Part shown: positions 25,321 to 33,749 of the stretch, piece after piece | Layout of the letters: each line of letters opens with the position of its first letter | Numbering within the stretch: the first letter of the stretch is position 1 | DNA from: a virus | Lineage: Duplodnaviria; Caudoviricetes | Length of the DNA: 64,000 bases | Strand: one strand, 5' to 3' | Virus record (IMG/VR): IMGVR_UViG_3300022602_000077 | Location: 7,161 to 71,160 of that record | Notes under the pieces: generated by a model | What the model was told of the DNA's origin: nothing | Databases searched by the model: none | The model's input: only the letters and a program-made list of their open reading frames with translations | Made by a program: the position numbers and the translations under genes

Positions 25321-25349
25321 ATTGCCTTAACTTACCTATAAAAACACCT

Positions 25350-25730
25350 TTATGCTGTCGCAGCTGCTTGTTTGTTCAAATGAAACAATGATTCAAAAAC
25401 CATTATCCAATGTTCAATACCGGTCAGCACTGGTGCCCCTTCATGTATGGCCGCTGTAAGCTGCGCACCCAGGCCACCAAGTAAACTGTTAACAGTAGCT
25501 ATTACCCCCTGCACTGCCGGGCTGTTCAGGGCTGCTATAAATTCATTCAATACGGCCACTGTGGCAGCGCCTAGTTCGGTTGTTCCGGTCAGGGCCTCAA
25601 TAGTTACCGCGCCCCCGCTCGAGAGGATATTTTTGATCTCGGTAGTTATGGCCACCGCTTTGCCTTGCGCAGCTATTTCACTCTGCGTGAAATGCTGTAT
25701 ATCAATCTGAAATCTCGATAAAAAACTCAT
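25350..25730 (-). CDS. Hypothetical lysis-region protein
   Basis: MSFLSRFQID start with an A-rich leader; amphipathic Ala/Thr-rich; adjacent to the holin. Confidence 0.6.
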   Translation of the reverse strand: MSFLSRFQIDIQHFTQSEIAAQGKAVAITTEIKNILSSGGAVTIEALTGTTELGAATVAVLNEFIAALNSPAVQGVIATVNSLLGGLGAQLTAAIHEGAPVLTGIEHWIMVFESLFHLNKQAAATA

Positions 25731-25761
25731 TGTTTTTATTTTTAAGGGTTTATAAAACAGG

Positions 25762-25968
25762 TTATGCCGCCCCGTTATCTTTATCGGTAGCCGCTGCCGG
25801 GGTCTTGCTGTAGTGACTCCATAATACTCCTGCCAGGGCCATGATAACACCTATGGCCTGGGTAGAAACTTCGTTGCTGATCGTTCCTTTGGCAACAAGT
25901 GCCCCGGCTCCTATAGTAAGAAGATGGCGCAGATACCCGAAAAGAATAGCTTGTGTTTGCTGTGTCAT
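25762..25968 (-). CDS. Putative holin (Pam3-gp28-like)
   Basis: GYLRHLLTIGAGALVAKG...AIGVIMALAGVLWS; two TM segments. Confidence 0.75.
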   Translation of the reverse strand: MTQQTQAILFGYLRHLLTIGAGALVAKGTISNEVSTQAIGVIMALAGVLWSHYSKTPAAATDKDNGAA

Positions 25969-26234
25969 TTGGTTTTAGATTTTTGGGTTATTAAATAATC
26001 TTGTTTTATCTCCAATTGGTTTATGGATTTTTCATGATCTTTCACTATCATTTCTATGCCCGATTTCCAGGTAGAAATATCTTCACGCCACTTGCTCCAA
26101 TTACCTATATCAATACCGAGCAATACTATTGGTATCATTATCACAACTATTAAGGCCATCACAAGCCGGTTCTGCGTTTTGGCGTGTGGCTTCACGGCTA
26201 TATCCACAATGGCTTGTACGTCTTCGATGCTCAT
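25965..26234 (-). CDS. Single-TM coiled-coil lysis-region protein
   Basis: LVMALIVVIMIPIVLLGI followed by a coiled-coil. Confidence 0.55.
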   Translation of the reverse strand: MSIEDVQAIVDIAVKPHAKTQNRLVMALIVVIMIPIVLLGIDIGNWSKWREDISTWKSGIEMIVKDHEKSINQLEIKQDYLITQKSKTK

Positions 26235-26246
26235 TTTGTTTAATTT

Positions 26247-26921
26247 TTAATATAGTCCTATTGTATATCCTGATGCTGACAGAGTAGTACGTAAAGATGA
26301 GGTGCGGCTATCCCATGCGTTCTGCCCAAAATTGGCTGTCACCACAAACCCATCGCTGCTTACGTTGCTAATTCCAGGGTATAGGGTTCCTGATAAGCTT
26401 GAAAATGCTGGTGAAGAACCTACGATAGTTCCGTTTTGATAAACGTCAAAGGCGTGGCTTGAAAAATTAGCTGCAACACTTATAATATCTCCAACAGACC
26501 ATGCCACCCCATAAGTAGTATAACCTCCATTATATAATTTATATGGAGTAGAAAATGCCGCCCCTACACCCCAGGATAATCCAGCATCTAACCCAAGAGC
26601 TGTATTAGCTGTATGAGAAGCATTAGCCAATCCAATCATTATCTGTTTCAGGCTTGTATACGTTGTTAGGTAAAACTCCCAATAATACTTACCAGTGGAT
26701 TTGCCAATAGTGGCTATTGCGCATCTTGAGCCATATCCTGAATTAACTGTGTATATTAAATCTGTAGCATCCAAACCATCACCTACTCCGGCTATATATG
26801 ATGGATTTAATTTCGCATAAGTTATAGGTGGCATTCCTGATATAGGCATAACAAAGCCCTTTCCCTGCCCGAAAACAAAGAAACTATGGAACAGGATTAG
26901 TAAAATAAAATAAGGCCTCAT
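26247..26921 (-). CDS. SPRY/B30.2-domain protein with Sec signal peptide
   Basis: GKYYWEFY, IMIGLA, GDIISVAAN, LYPGIS, VTANFGQ; N-terminus MRPYFILLILFHSFFVFG|Q. Confidence 0.8.
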   Translation of the reverse strand: MRPYFILLILFHSFFVFGQGKGFVMPISGMPPITYAKLNPSYIAGVGDGLDATDLIYTVNSGYGSRCAIATIGKSTGKYYWEFYLTTYTSLKQIMIGLANASHTANTALGLDAGLSWGVGAAFSTPYKLYNGGYTTYGVAWSVGDIISVAANFSSHAFDVYQNGTIVGSSPAFSSLSGTLYPGISNVSSDGFVVTANFGQNAWDSRTSSLRTTLSASGYTIGLY

Positions 26922-27301
26922 TGGAAAAATATATAGATTTTACTTTGTAAAAGTTGTGTGGCTATGAATTGATTGCTGGATTTAGCAGTGCTATTATATT
27001 CCCAGTCATCATATACTGAACCTGTGAATGATATTACCCCATTATATACCATTGAAGGATTATCTCCGTAGGTATATATTTCATAACTCAACGAGGCTCC
27101 TTGTTTATTATTATAGGAATCATAACTTGACCAAACACATAGCTTTAGTGGAAAGGGGTTGACTATCATTTTTGATGTATCAATGGCTGTTATCAGAGTG
27201 GCAGATTTATTTATCCTCGATGTCGAATCGAAATATATAGTTTGTCCGTTTCCATAAAAACTTAGGAAGGATAAAGCGATAATTAGCAATTTCTGTTTCA
27301 T
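26918..27301 (-). CDS. Hypothetical protein with Sec signal peptide
   Basis: MKQKLLIIALSFLSFYGNG|Q. Confidence 0.65.
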   Translation of the reverse strand: MKQKLLIIALSFLSFYGNGQTIYFDSTSRINKSATLITAIDTSKMIVNPFPLKLCVWSSYDSYNNKQGASLSYEIYTYGDNPSMVYNGVISFTGSVYDDWEYNSTAKSSNQFIATQLLQSKIYIFFQ

Positions 27302-27305
27302 ATGC

Positions 27306-29138
27306 TTAGTTTGAATTTCCCCACCCTGTTATCAGGGCAGAAGATGCCGAAATATAAACTCCTTGAATCACCATCGGTTTACTTGCTGTCGTTGTCGTGG
27401 GCAAAGCTGTAGTATAGTGATAATTACTATTAAAGGTTAGCGCCTCCCCCGTACCTGCGTCAGTAATAATGAAGTAAAAAGGCTGGCCCGTTACCCATGA
27501 GCCTGTCACAGCCGAGAAAGTCAAAGCCGTATTCAGCCCTGTTATTATAAGCATATACGGCGCATTCACATTACCCTGATTGGACGTTGGTACATAAGGC
27601 GAACTTGGCGCATTCACCGTCACTGTTTGCACCTGGTAGGGCGAAGTCGGAACCGCTGTTATGGTATAACTGTTTGTTGTGGTCATGGCCGTACCATTCA
27701 CTGTAAGAGTTGTCGTAGGCATCGTGCCCGACAATTCGGTATAATTAATCGTGCCCGATGAAAGTATACCTAGGTTCTGTAATGCCGTAATCACGCTGCC
27801 TGTAGGCTGCACGATGGGCGTAGCGTTATAAAAGCCTATCTTCTGGCTGGTAGAGGTACCGATTTTTGTGCCTGTAGAGGTTCCAAAAACGATATTGTTT
27901 CCATCTGCTATATTCAGGCCGAGAAGCGACCCTAATGAGGTCAGTGAACTGGTTACCACTGTTGGGTTAAGCGTTGTGGATGTAAGCGTATTGGCCGAGG
28001 CCGTTATGGTATAAGCGTTGCCTGTCGTCATGGCTGTGGTATTTACAGTCAGGGTCATGGCTGGTGCGCTTCCTGCCAGGTCGCTGTAGTTTACCTGGCT
28101 GAAAGCAGGGGTTCCGTTCGCTGTCCCGGTTACACCATAAAACGTATGGGCGCTTTCCGAATTTGCGGTATAGCTTATTACCGGCGTGGTAGTACTATTA
28201 CTTACACTTACGGTAAACAATGGGCTTAATGGGTTCGCTGTTACTGATGTCACCCCTATAGAAAGGGTATTGTTAATCCCATAGGTTATAGGGGTTCCGT
28301 TTACGGATGTTGTTGTAGTGGCGTTTGTTCCCCCGTTAGCCAGGCCAACGGTGCCCGAAAGGTTAACTGTAGGCTGCACTGTCGAAGTGCCGGTAATGCT
28401 GATGTTTGTGCCACCTATTACGTTTGTTACCGTTCCGTTCCCCGTCCCGAAATGTGTATTGGCATAAAACCAGCTACAGTAGCCTTTATTAACATTACTG
28501 TCAATGGCGTAAACAACTATGGATGAATCAGCATAAAAAACATTACCACCCGTAAGGCCCAAACCTCTCCCGGCTGTATAGGTAATTATCGAAGGCAGAT
28601 GTGCATAATAATAAGTAAGCGTCACTGCATGGCCGTAAGTATTGCTATCGGGTTTTCTGAACAGATATGCGGTATCTAAAGTCGGGAAATAGGTATTGGC
28701 CATAAATAGCCTTAAAGCCGCAAGGCTGTCGTTTACCCTGGCTATGGAATCGTAATAAACTGCTGCCGACGCAATAGTAAGATATGTCGCCAGAGCGCTT
28801 GTTCTGGTAAGCACAACGGTAGTATCAGTATAAAAAGTATATAGGTTCAAACCTAAACCCGTACCGGCGTAATAAGTGTTTCCACCTCCGCCACTTCCAA
28901 CAGTCAGGTTCCATACGCTTCCTGTATAGTACCACACATGCCCCGTGCTGTCTATATACCATGAGTTTTTACCGCTGAAAAAGGGGTTTATATAAGGCGT
29001 AAGCGGGGCTATATTTTGCCGGGCATAGGTAGTCCCCCTGAAGGAATCTATCGTGGTGCTATCCCCCCGGCCATTATGCGTCTGTCCATAGGCAACGCAA
29101 TGCAGCAATAAAAATAATATGATGAGTATCTTTTTCAT
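27306..29138 (-). CDS. Tail fibre-like Thr/Ser/Gly-rich protein with Sec signal peptide
   Basis: GGGGNTYYAGTGL, GTVTNV, TGTKIGTSTSQKIGFYNATPIVQP, internal repeats (LTVNxTAMTTxNxYTIT twice); N-terminus MKKILIILFLLLHCVAYG|Q. Confidence 0.7.
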   Translation of the reverse strand: MKKILIILFLLLHCVAYGQTHNGRGDSTTIDSFRGTTYARQNIAPLTPYINPFFSGKNSWYIDSTGHVWYYTGSVWNLTVGSGGGGNTYYAGTGLGLNLYTFYTDTTVVLTRTSALATYLTIASAAVYYDSIARVNDSLAALRLFMANTYFPTLDTAYLFRKPDSNTYGHAVTLTYYYAHLPSIITYTAGRGLGLTGGNVFYADSSIVVYAIDSNVNKGYCSWFYANTHFGTGNGTVTNVIGGTNISITGTSTVQPTVNLSGTVGLANGGTNATTTTSVNGTPITYGINNTLSIGVTSVTANPLSPLFTVSVSNSTTTPVISYTANSESAHTFYGVTGTANGTPAFSQVNYSDLAGSAPAMTLTVNTTAMTTGNAYTITASANTLTSTTLNPTVVTSSLTSLGSLLGLNIADGNNIVFGTSTGTKIGTSTSQKIGFYNATPIVQPTGSVITALQNLGILSSGTINYTELSGTMPTTTLTVNGTAMTTTNSYTITAVPTSPYQVQTVTVNAPSSPYVPTSNQGNVNAPYMLIITGLNTALTFSAVTGSWVTGQPFYFIITDAGTGEALTFNSNYHYTTALPTTTTASKPMVIQGVYISASSALITGWGNSN

Positions 29139-29623
29139 TATCCTATTTGAACAATAGCGACTTGCATATCATAGTTTATAGTTCCACTCCCAGCCAGTGT
29201 TATTTTTATACCAATGGGGTGAGTGGCTTTATCAAATACTGTTATAGCACCGAGGCAATAAACGCCCGTGGTGGTAAATGTGTTTAAAGTGTTTGCTTGC
29301 GCTGTTCCACTCTCGTCAGTAAATGTTGCTATAGCGTTAAGAGTATACCCCGATATAGCATTGATTTTTATGTATATGTTTACGGTAAAAAGGCCATCGG
29401 CTATCGGGCTTATTCCAGGTAATACTACTCCTGCGGTAAGCCCGCTTGAGAATGCAGGGTTATATACAGTTTTTGGAAAAGGGTTCAGATAAGATAAAAT
29501 CTGCTGCGGCAGCATAACTACATCTACCGGCACTCCCCCTTGCATCTGGTAGCCTACCACATAAGTACTGCTATCGACCGATGCCGCTGTAGGTAATAAA
29601 CTTATCGCTGTATCTGCTGGCAT
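29138..29623 (-). CDS. Tail-associated structural protein
   Basis: N-terminal ISLLPTAAS motif common in tail-fibre-associated proteins; lies in the tail module. Confidence 0.5.
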   Translation of the reverse strand: MPADTAISLLPTAASVDSSTYVVGYQMQGGVPVDVVMLPQQILSYLNPFPKTVYNPAFSSGLTAGVVLPGISPIADGLFTVNIYIKINAISGYTLNAIATFTDESGTAQANTLNTFTTTGVYCLGAITVFDKATHPIGIKITLAGSGTINYDMQVAIVQIG

Positions 29624-29627
29624 ATAT

Positions 29628-29936
29628 TTAAATTTCTACAAGTAATTTCGAACCTCCTTCAGTTAATAAGTGACCTCCGCTTTCTACCAGTATATAGCCC
29701 GGCGAAACCCCGCCCGCCGGTGGTATGTATGCAGTTGCATACACATAATTATTGGTCTTCTGGTCTGTGGTCAAATTGGTATCATACACAAACGTTTGTG
29801 GCAATACCGGCACATAATTCAAATCATTTACGCTGTTATCCGTACAGAACTTGGCCATTTGGTCAAGTGTCTTATATGCCATAAGGCATAGATCATACAT
29901 GCTCTGCCCGCTTACGCTTGTGATATATGCTGTCAT
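29628..29936 (-). CDS. Tail protein X/LysM-like baseplate component
   Basis: GQSMYDLCLMAYxTLD N-terminal motif; C-terminal LLTEGG. Confidence 0.5.
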   Translation of the reverse strand: MTAYITSVSGQSMYDLCLMAYKTLDQMAKFCTDNSVNDLNYVPVLPQTFVYDTNLTTDQKTNNYVYATAYIPPAGGVSPGYILVESGGHLLTEGGSKLLVEI

Positions 29937-30262
29937 TGCTTATAGATAAACGTATTGGTTGCCGGGTTCGATAATACTATTTCCATTATGCCACTCACTA
30001 TGTTCACCTGCGGATTATCAAGCGTATACCCATCATTTCCCAATTGCTGTTTAATTTTATTCAGCAGGGTTTGTGGTTGTAATCTTGATTTCTGATAAGC
30101 CGCTATACCAACACCATTATCAGGATATTCTTTCCACCATCCTGGGAAAGAACTGATCGCGTCTTCGATATGCTGATTATCCGATGGCCCTAGTTTCAGG
30201 TCATTAGTTTGAATAGGCAAATCGCCATCCGCGCCAAGAAGTATATCGTAAGAAACAGCCAT
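29933..30262 (-). CDS. Baseplate wedge/sheath initiator (gp25/gpW-like)
   Basis: DL..G.SDxQHIE.....PGxWKEYP..GVGI...QL..DG pattern; position in the baseplate cluster. Confidence 0.7.
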   Translation of the reverse strand: MAVSYDILLGADGDLPIQTNDLKLGPSDNQHIEDAISSFPGWWKEYPDNGVGIAAYQKSRLQPQTLLNKIKQQLGNDGYTLDNPQVNIVSGIMEIVLSNPATNTFIYKQ

Positions 30263-30317
30263 GATGCAAGTTTATACGAAAAAAATCCGATAACCGGAAA
30301 TGTACTGCACCTTTTTA

Positions 30318-30548
30318 TTATGTAATCACTACCCCCGTCAGCACACCTGTTACAGGGCCGCCGCCACTCGGCGCTATAAGGCCGGTGGTATAAGTGATTG
30401 TGAGTGAAGAAACACAAGTAATTACAGCAGTGGCGATTGCGCCTGCTGTCGTGTCGAAAGCCGCCATCTGCGCCGAGGTAGGACTCGGTATATTCGCCAC
30501 CATTGAGGCCTTTATCGCTGCTTTTAAAGCGGGTTGAGACATTGCCAT
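30318..30548 (-). CDS. Small baseplate-region protein
   Basis: AGAIATAV...APSGGGPVTG; follows the spike gene. Confidence 0.6.
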   Translation of the reverse strand: MAMSQPALKAAIKASMVANIPSPTSAQMAAFDTTAGAIATAVITCVSSLTITYTTGLIAPSGGGPVTGVLTGVVIT

Positions 30549-30549
30549 A

Positions 30550-31104
30550 CTAAGCCATTAAAGCGTTAAAATCAGATAAATCCTGGTTCAGGTTCGACAC
30601 TGTGGAAGGGTCTAAAAAGGCTGGCCCTGTCCCGGTATCTACCTGCATTTGAATGAGATGATTAACCAAATTCTGAAAAATGGTCGTATAATTTTTACTT
30701 CCGTTCTTGATATTGATCTTACCTTCTGAAAGCGTAACAGTCATATCCCCCTGCTGCATCATAGCAGTTCCGTTTACCATACTGAATTCCGTATCGCCCA
30801 CTATATAAATGATCTGATCAAGCTGCCCGAATACACTCACCCATGGTAACACATTTGGCGTAGATAGAATATAGACTGTACTTCCTATTGTGGGCACACG
30901 AAGAAGCCCGTCATTCACCCCCGACATAAGATTTACAGTATCAAGCGGCACGGCGGATGTACCGGAGATCAGCGTACAGGCACAGGTACGGGCAGGAATA
31001 TTTACACTGACTACCTCAGCGTAATAAACATCGGGCTTTTCAATCCCGCTGTCTGCTTTACATATCTGCCGTAGCAGGTTCCTGCATTCTGATAAACTAC
31101 TCAA
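30550..31104 (-). CDS. Baseplate spike (gpV/Mu gp45-like)
   Basis: AEVVSVN..ARTC..., PTIGSTV OB-fold, beta-helix-like C-terminus, TGTGP. Confidence 0.7.
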   Translation of the reverse strand: MSSLSECRNLLRQICKADSGIEKPDVYYAEVVSVNIPARTCACTLISGTSAVPLDTVNLMSGVNDGLLRVPTIGSTVYILSTPNVLPWVSVFGQLDQIIYIVGDTEFSMVNGTAMMQQGDMTVTLSEGKINIKNGSKNYTTIFQNLVNHLIQMQVDTGTGPAFLDPSTVSNLNQDLSDFNALMA

Positions 31105-32498
31105 AATATATAGCTGTTTATATCATTTACTGTGTTGATCTTATAGTCCAGGGTAATGTTCTGAAACAGCCCTTCTTCCTCTGCGCCTCCATAAGGTTCT
31201 ACGCTTTTGCACATGTACTTTCCGTTCATTTCCGGCAGTAGCGGGTTCGTGATCTGTATCACATCACCATGCTTCACGAAGGGTACACCAAATGTGGTAA
31301 AGCTTCCTTTCAGACCATCATAATAGTATTTCTTCAGGTAGGTTACACCCATCGCTTTCAGCTTGTTTACATCGGTAACCGCGTCAAATATTTCCAGGTC
31401 AAACCGTTGCCCTATTTCCTGTGTAAATTTTAAAGGATAATCAACGCCGGGTTTTTTCTCAATGGCCTGAAACTGATTATTGGTATCCACATACACAAGT
31501 ATTTCTGTGCTTTTCTCCCTGGTTATTTGCTGACCGTCTTTAGTTGTGCCATAGCTTTCGCCCGTCTTCGGGTTGGTTGTGGTATTATAATGGCTTCTCA
31601 CAACTACTGACAATACTGTATCATCCTTTCTCACAAAATTCAGCCTGTCATTATCAAGTATATTCTGCTGAAAAGTGAAAGATTGCGTCACGGCATCGCT
31701 TGCCACATAGTAGGTCATACCTACTCTTAATTCATAATTCCTGAAATAGCTGTAGATTTTATAATGGCTCTTTATTCTGTTCAGAAACAGGGCCATGCTT
31801 TCGCCTTTCGTCCACAGGTTTTGCACATTAAATACCAGCGATACCCCCTGACTGACATTATCAGTATTCAGCACGGTAAGGTTTATACCATAATTTTTGT
31901 ACCGGGCTATGGTGGCATTACTTTGCATAGCCGTATCAAGAAGGCTGCTGCATATCTGTTGCAGAGTTTGCCCGGGCCATTGCTTTACTGGTGTAGGTAT
32001 CTGCTTAAGCAGCCACATAGCGTCTTCCAATTCAATTACAAATGGCATTCTCGGGCTTACCTTGCTTATAAAGCCCTGGTAAAGTTTCGGTACTCCGCCA
32101 GGATAAATACCGGTTGGGTCATTGCCGCCCGTCATATATTCCTGCTCATTCCCGTTTTGAAGTGTGGCCCGCCAGCCTATGTTAAAGGTTACCAGGTCGC
32201 CCCTCATAAAAGTAGGCTCAGGAATACTGAGCGCCGGTGATACTTCGTTCGGGTCTTGGCCCACATAGCCACCTATAGATTTGTTCACACTTGCAAGCGA
32301 ATAAGTATTCCCGTTTTCATCGGTGGCAGTTATTTTTATGTTCTTGGGTATAGTAATCTTCAAGGTTTGAGTAAGCGATTCCCAGGTACTTGCACCACTA
32401 TATGCCGTAATACCAGGTACAGTAAGCAGCCTGTTCCTGTTTTTAAATTCAGGACTTGGTATCTGTTGTATAGTTAGTGATGTAAGTACTCTGTACAT
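31101..32498 (-). CDS. Baseplate hub (gpD/Mu gp44-like)
   Basis: SxWExLTxTxKITIP, GFISKV.P..P.VIELEDAMWLLK, GSFTTFGVPFV.HGD. Confidence 0.75.
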   Translation of the reverse strand: MYRVLTSLTIQQIPSPEFKNRNRLLTVPGITAYSGASTWESLTQTLKITIPKNIKITATDENGNTYSLASVNKSIGGYVGQDPNEVSPALSIPEPTFMRGDLVTFNIGWRATLQNGNEQEYMTGGNDPTGIYPGGVPKLYQGFISKVSPRMPFVIELEDAMWLLKQIPTPVKQWPGQTLQQICSSLLDTAMQSNATIARYKNYGINLTVLNTDNVSQGVSLVFNVQNLWTKGESMALFLNRIKSHYKIYSYFRNYELRVGMTYYVASDAVTQSFTFQQNILDNDRLNFVRKDDTVLSVVVRSHYNTTTNPKTGESYGTTKDGQQITREKSTEILVYVDTNNQFQAIEKKPGVDYPLKFTQEIGQRFDLEIFDAVTDVNKLKAMGVTYLKKYYYDGLKGSFTTFGVPFVKHGDVIQITNPLLPEMNGKYMCKSVEPYGGAEEEGLFQNITLDYKINTVNDINSYIF

Positions 32499-32499
32499 A

Positions 32500-32952
32500 T
32501 TAGCTTATGAATAGTTGATATTCCGCTTCCCTTCTGTTTTGTAAGCCTTTCATTACATGACCAGCAGCCTTTATCCAGTTCTCAAAATCCTGCAAAAGCG
32601 TAGGGTTAGAACCATGCAAAACCACATCCTTTTCAAGTTGCGATATTTCAAAATTGTGAAGCCCTTCATTATAGCAGAAATCGGCGCAGGCATCAAACTG
32701 GTTCGTGTTCAGCCCTGGCACGTTATTGGTAAGCCATTCTTCTACCGGTGGCAGATATGCCCTTACAAAATCCTGGCCCTGTTTTTCTGTTACAGGAGGG
32801 TCGTCCATGGTTACTTTAGTTCCATCCGGGTAATGCGTTGTGCCATAAGCTATGGTAATAGGCTCACCCCCGCTTGCAGGGTCGGCATAAGGTGTCGGGC
32901 TGAATCCCTCAAAGGAGCAAATAAATTTAATACCGTTATCTGATACTGTCAT
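32500..32952 (-). CDS. GH24 phage lysozyme (endolysin or tail-associated)
   Basis: FEGF..TPY.D.....TIAYGTT, QFDA..DF.YN.G, GLQNRREAE. Confidence 0.92.
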   Translation of the reverse strand: MTVSDNGIKFICSFEGFSPTPYADPASGGEPITIAYGTTHYPDGTKVTMDDPPVTEKQGQDFVRAYLPPVEEWLTNNVPGLNTNQFDACADFCYNEGLHNFEISQLEKDVVLHGSNPTLLQDFENWIKAAGHVMKGLQNRREAEYQLFIS

Positions 32953-32961
32953 AAAATTGGT

Positions 32962-33747
32962 TTATGGTAAAAATTGTGTTATTGGTATATCGCTTATAGC
33001 ACTGATCGTAAAGGCAAGCTTGCTGTACCCGCCTTCTTCCTGCACCGGGTTAATATCTTCTATCACTATATTGGTTATTCCGAAAGCGTTCATGAAATAG
33101 TTCGTTACCGGTATGCTCACCTGGGCCTGCTTCAGTTTCCACAGCGCGGCCATAAAATCCTTTGGGGCCTGGTCTGCCGGGTAGGTAACCACGCTGCTTA
33201 TGTGTATCTCCCAATCGTCCAGGGTGATGTATTGTTTTATGCTTCCCGGTCTGCCGGTTATTTTGGTTTTCCCTATGATGCTTTTCTGGCTCATTTCCAC
33301 CAGGGCTATCGGCAGAACTATGTTATCAAAAGTATATTGGTTATTATCAATGCCGGTATAAGTGTTGCCTGTACTGCTGTTTGGGTCAGTATTGCCAAGA
33401 GTTAAGGTTCCGTAAACTTTATTCGGGAAAAGGACATCTCCGAATACTTTTTTAGGGTCTATAACGTCGTAAGCATCCGGATTATAGTTCTGTATTACAT
33501 TAAATTGCGGTGTAGTTTTTTTAAAAACTACGGCCCTTCGGGCCTGATTAACCCCAAAGGCGGTAATAATAGCAAGTTCATCTATGGCCCCTCTTACCGC
33601 AACAGGAAAATAAAGATTCAGCGCATTTATATAGTTAGTCCTTTGAGCGTTCGGAAAGTTATATTGCGGTTGCGGCGCAGGAGTTACCGGCGTAGCGTTT
33701 AATGCAGATATGGGTGAAGGGGTAGCCCCTATTATTGGTACTTTCAT
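32962..33747 (-). CDS. DUF6046-like tail tube initiator
   Basis: IGKTKITGRPGSIKQYITLDDWEIHI...FGITNIVIE; directly after the TMP. Confidence 0.7.
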   Translation of the reverse strand: MKVPIIGATPSPISALNATPVTPAPQPQYNFPNAQRTNYINALNLYFPVAVRGAIDELAIITAFGVNQARRAVVFKKTTPQFNVIQNYNPDAYDVIDPKKVFGDVLFPNKVYGTLTLGNTDPNSSTGNTYTGIDNNQYTFDNIVLPIALVEMSQKSIIGKTKITGRPGSIKQYITLDDWEIHISSVVTYPADQAPKDFMAALWKLKQAQVSIPVTNYFMNAFGITNIVIEDINPVQEEGGYSKLAFTISAISDIPITQFLP

Positions 33748-33749
33748 AA

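Noticed and set aside
27306-29138. Diversity-generating retroelement targeting the tail fibre
   Set aside because: No reverse transcriptase in the window and no TR/VR pair differing at adenines was seen; the internal repeats are degenerate protein repeats.
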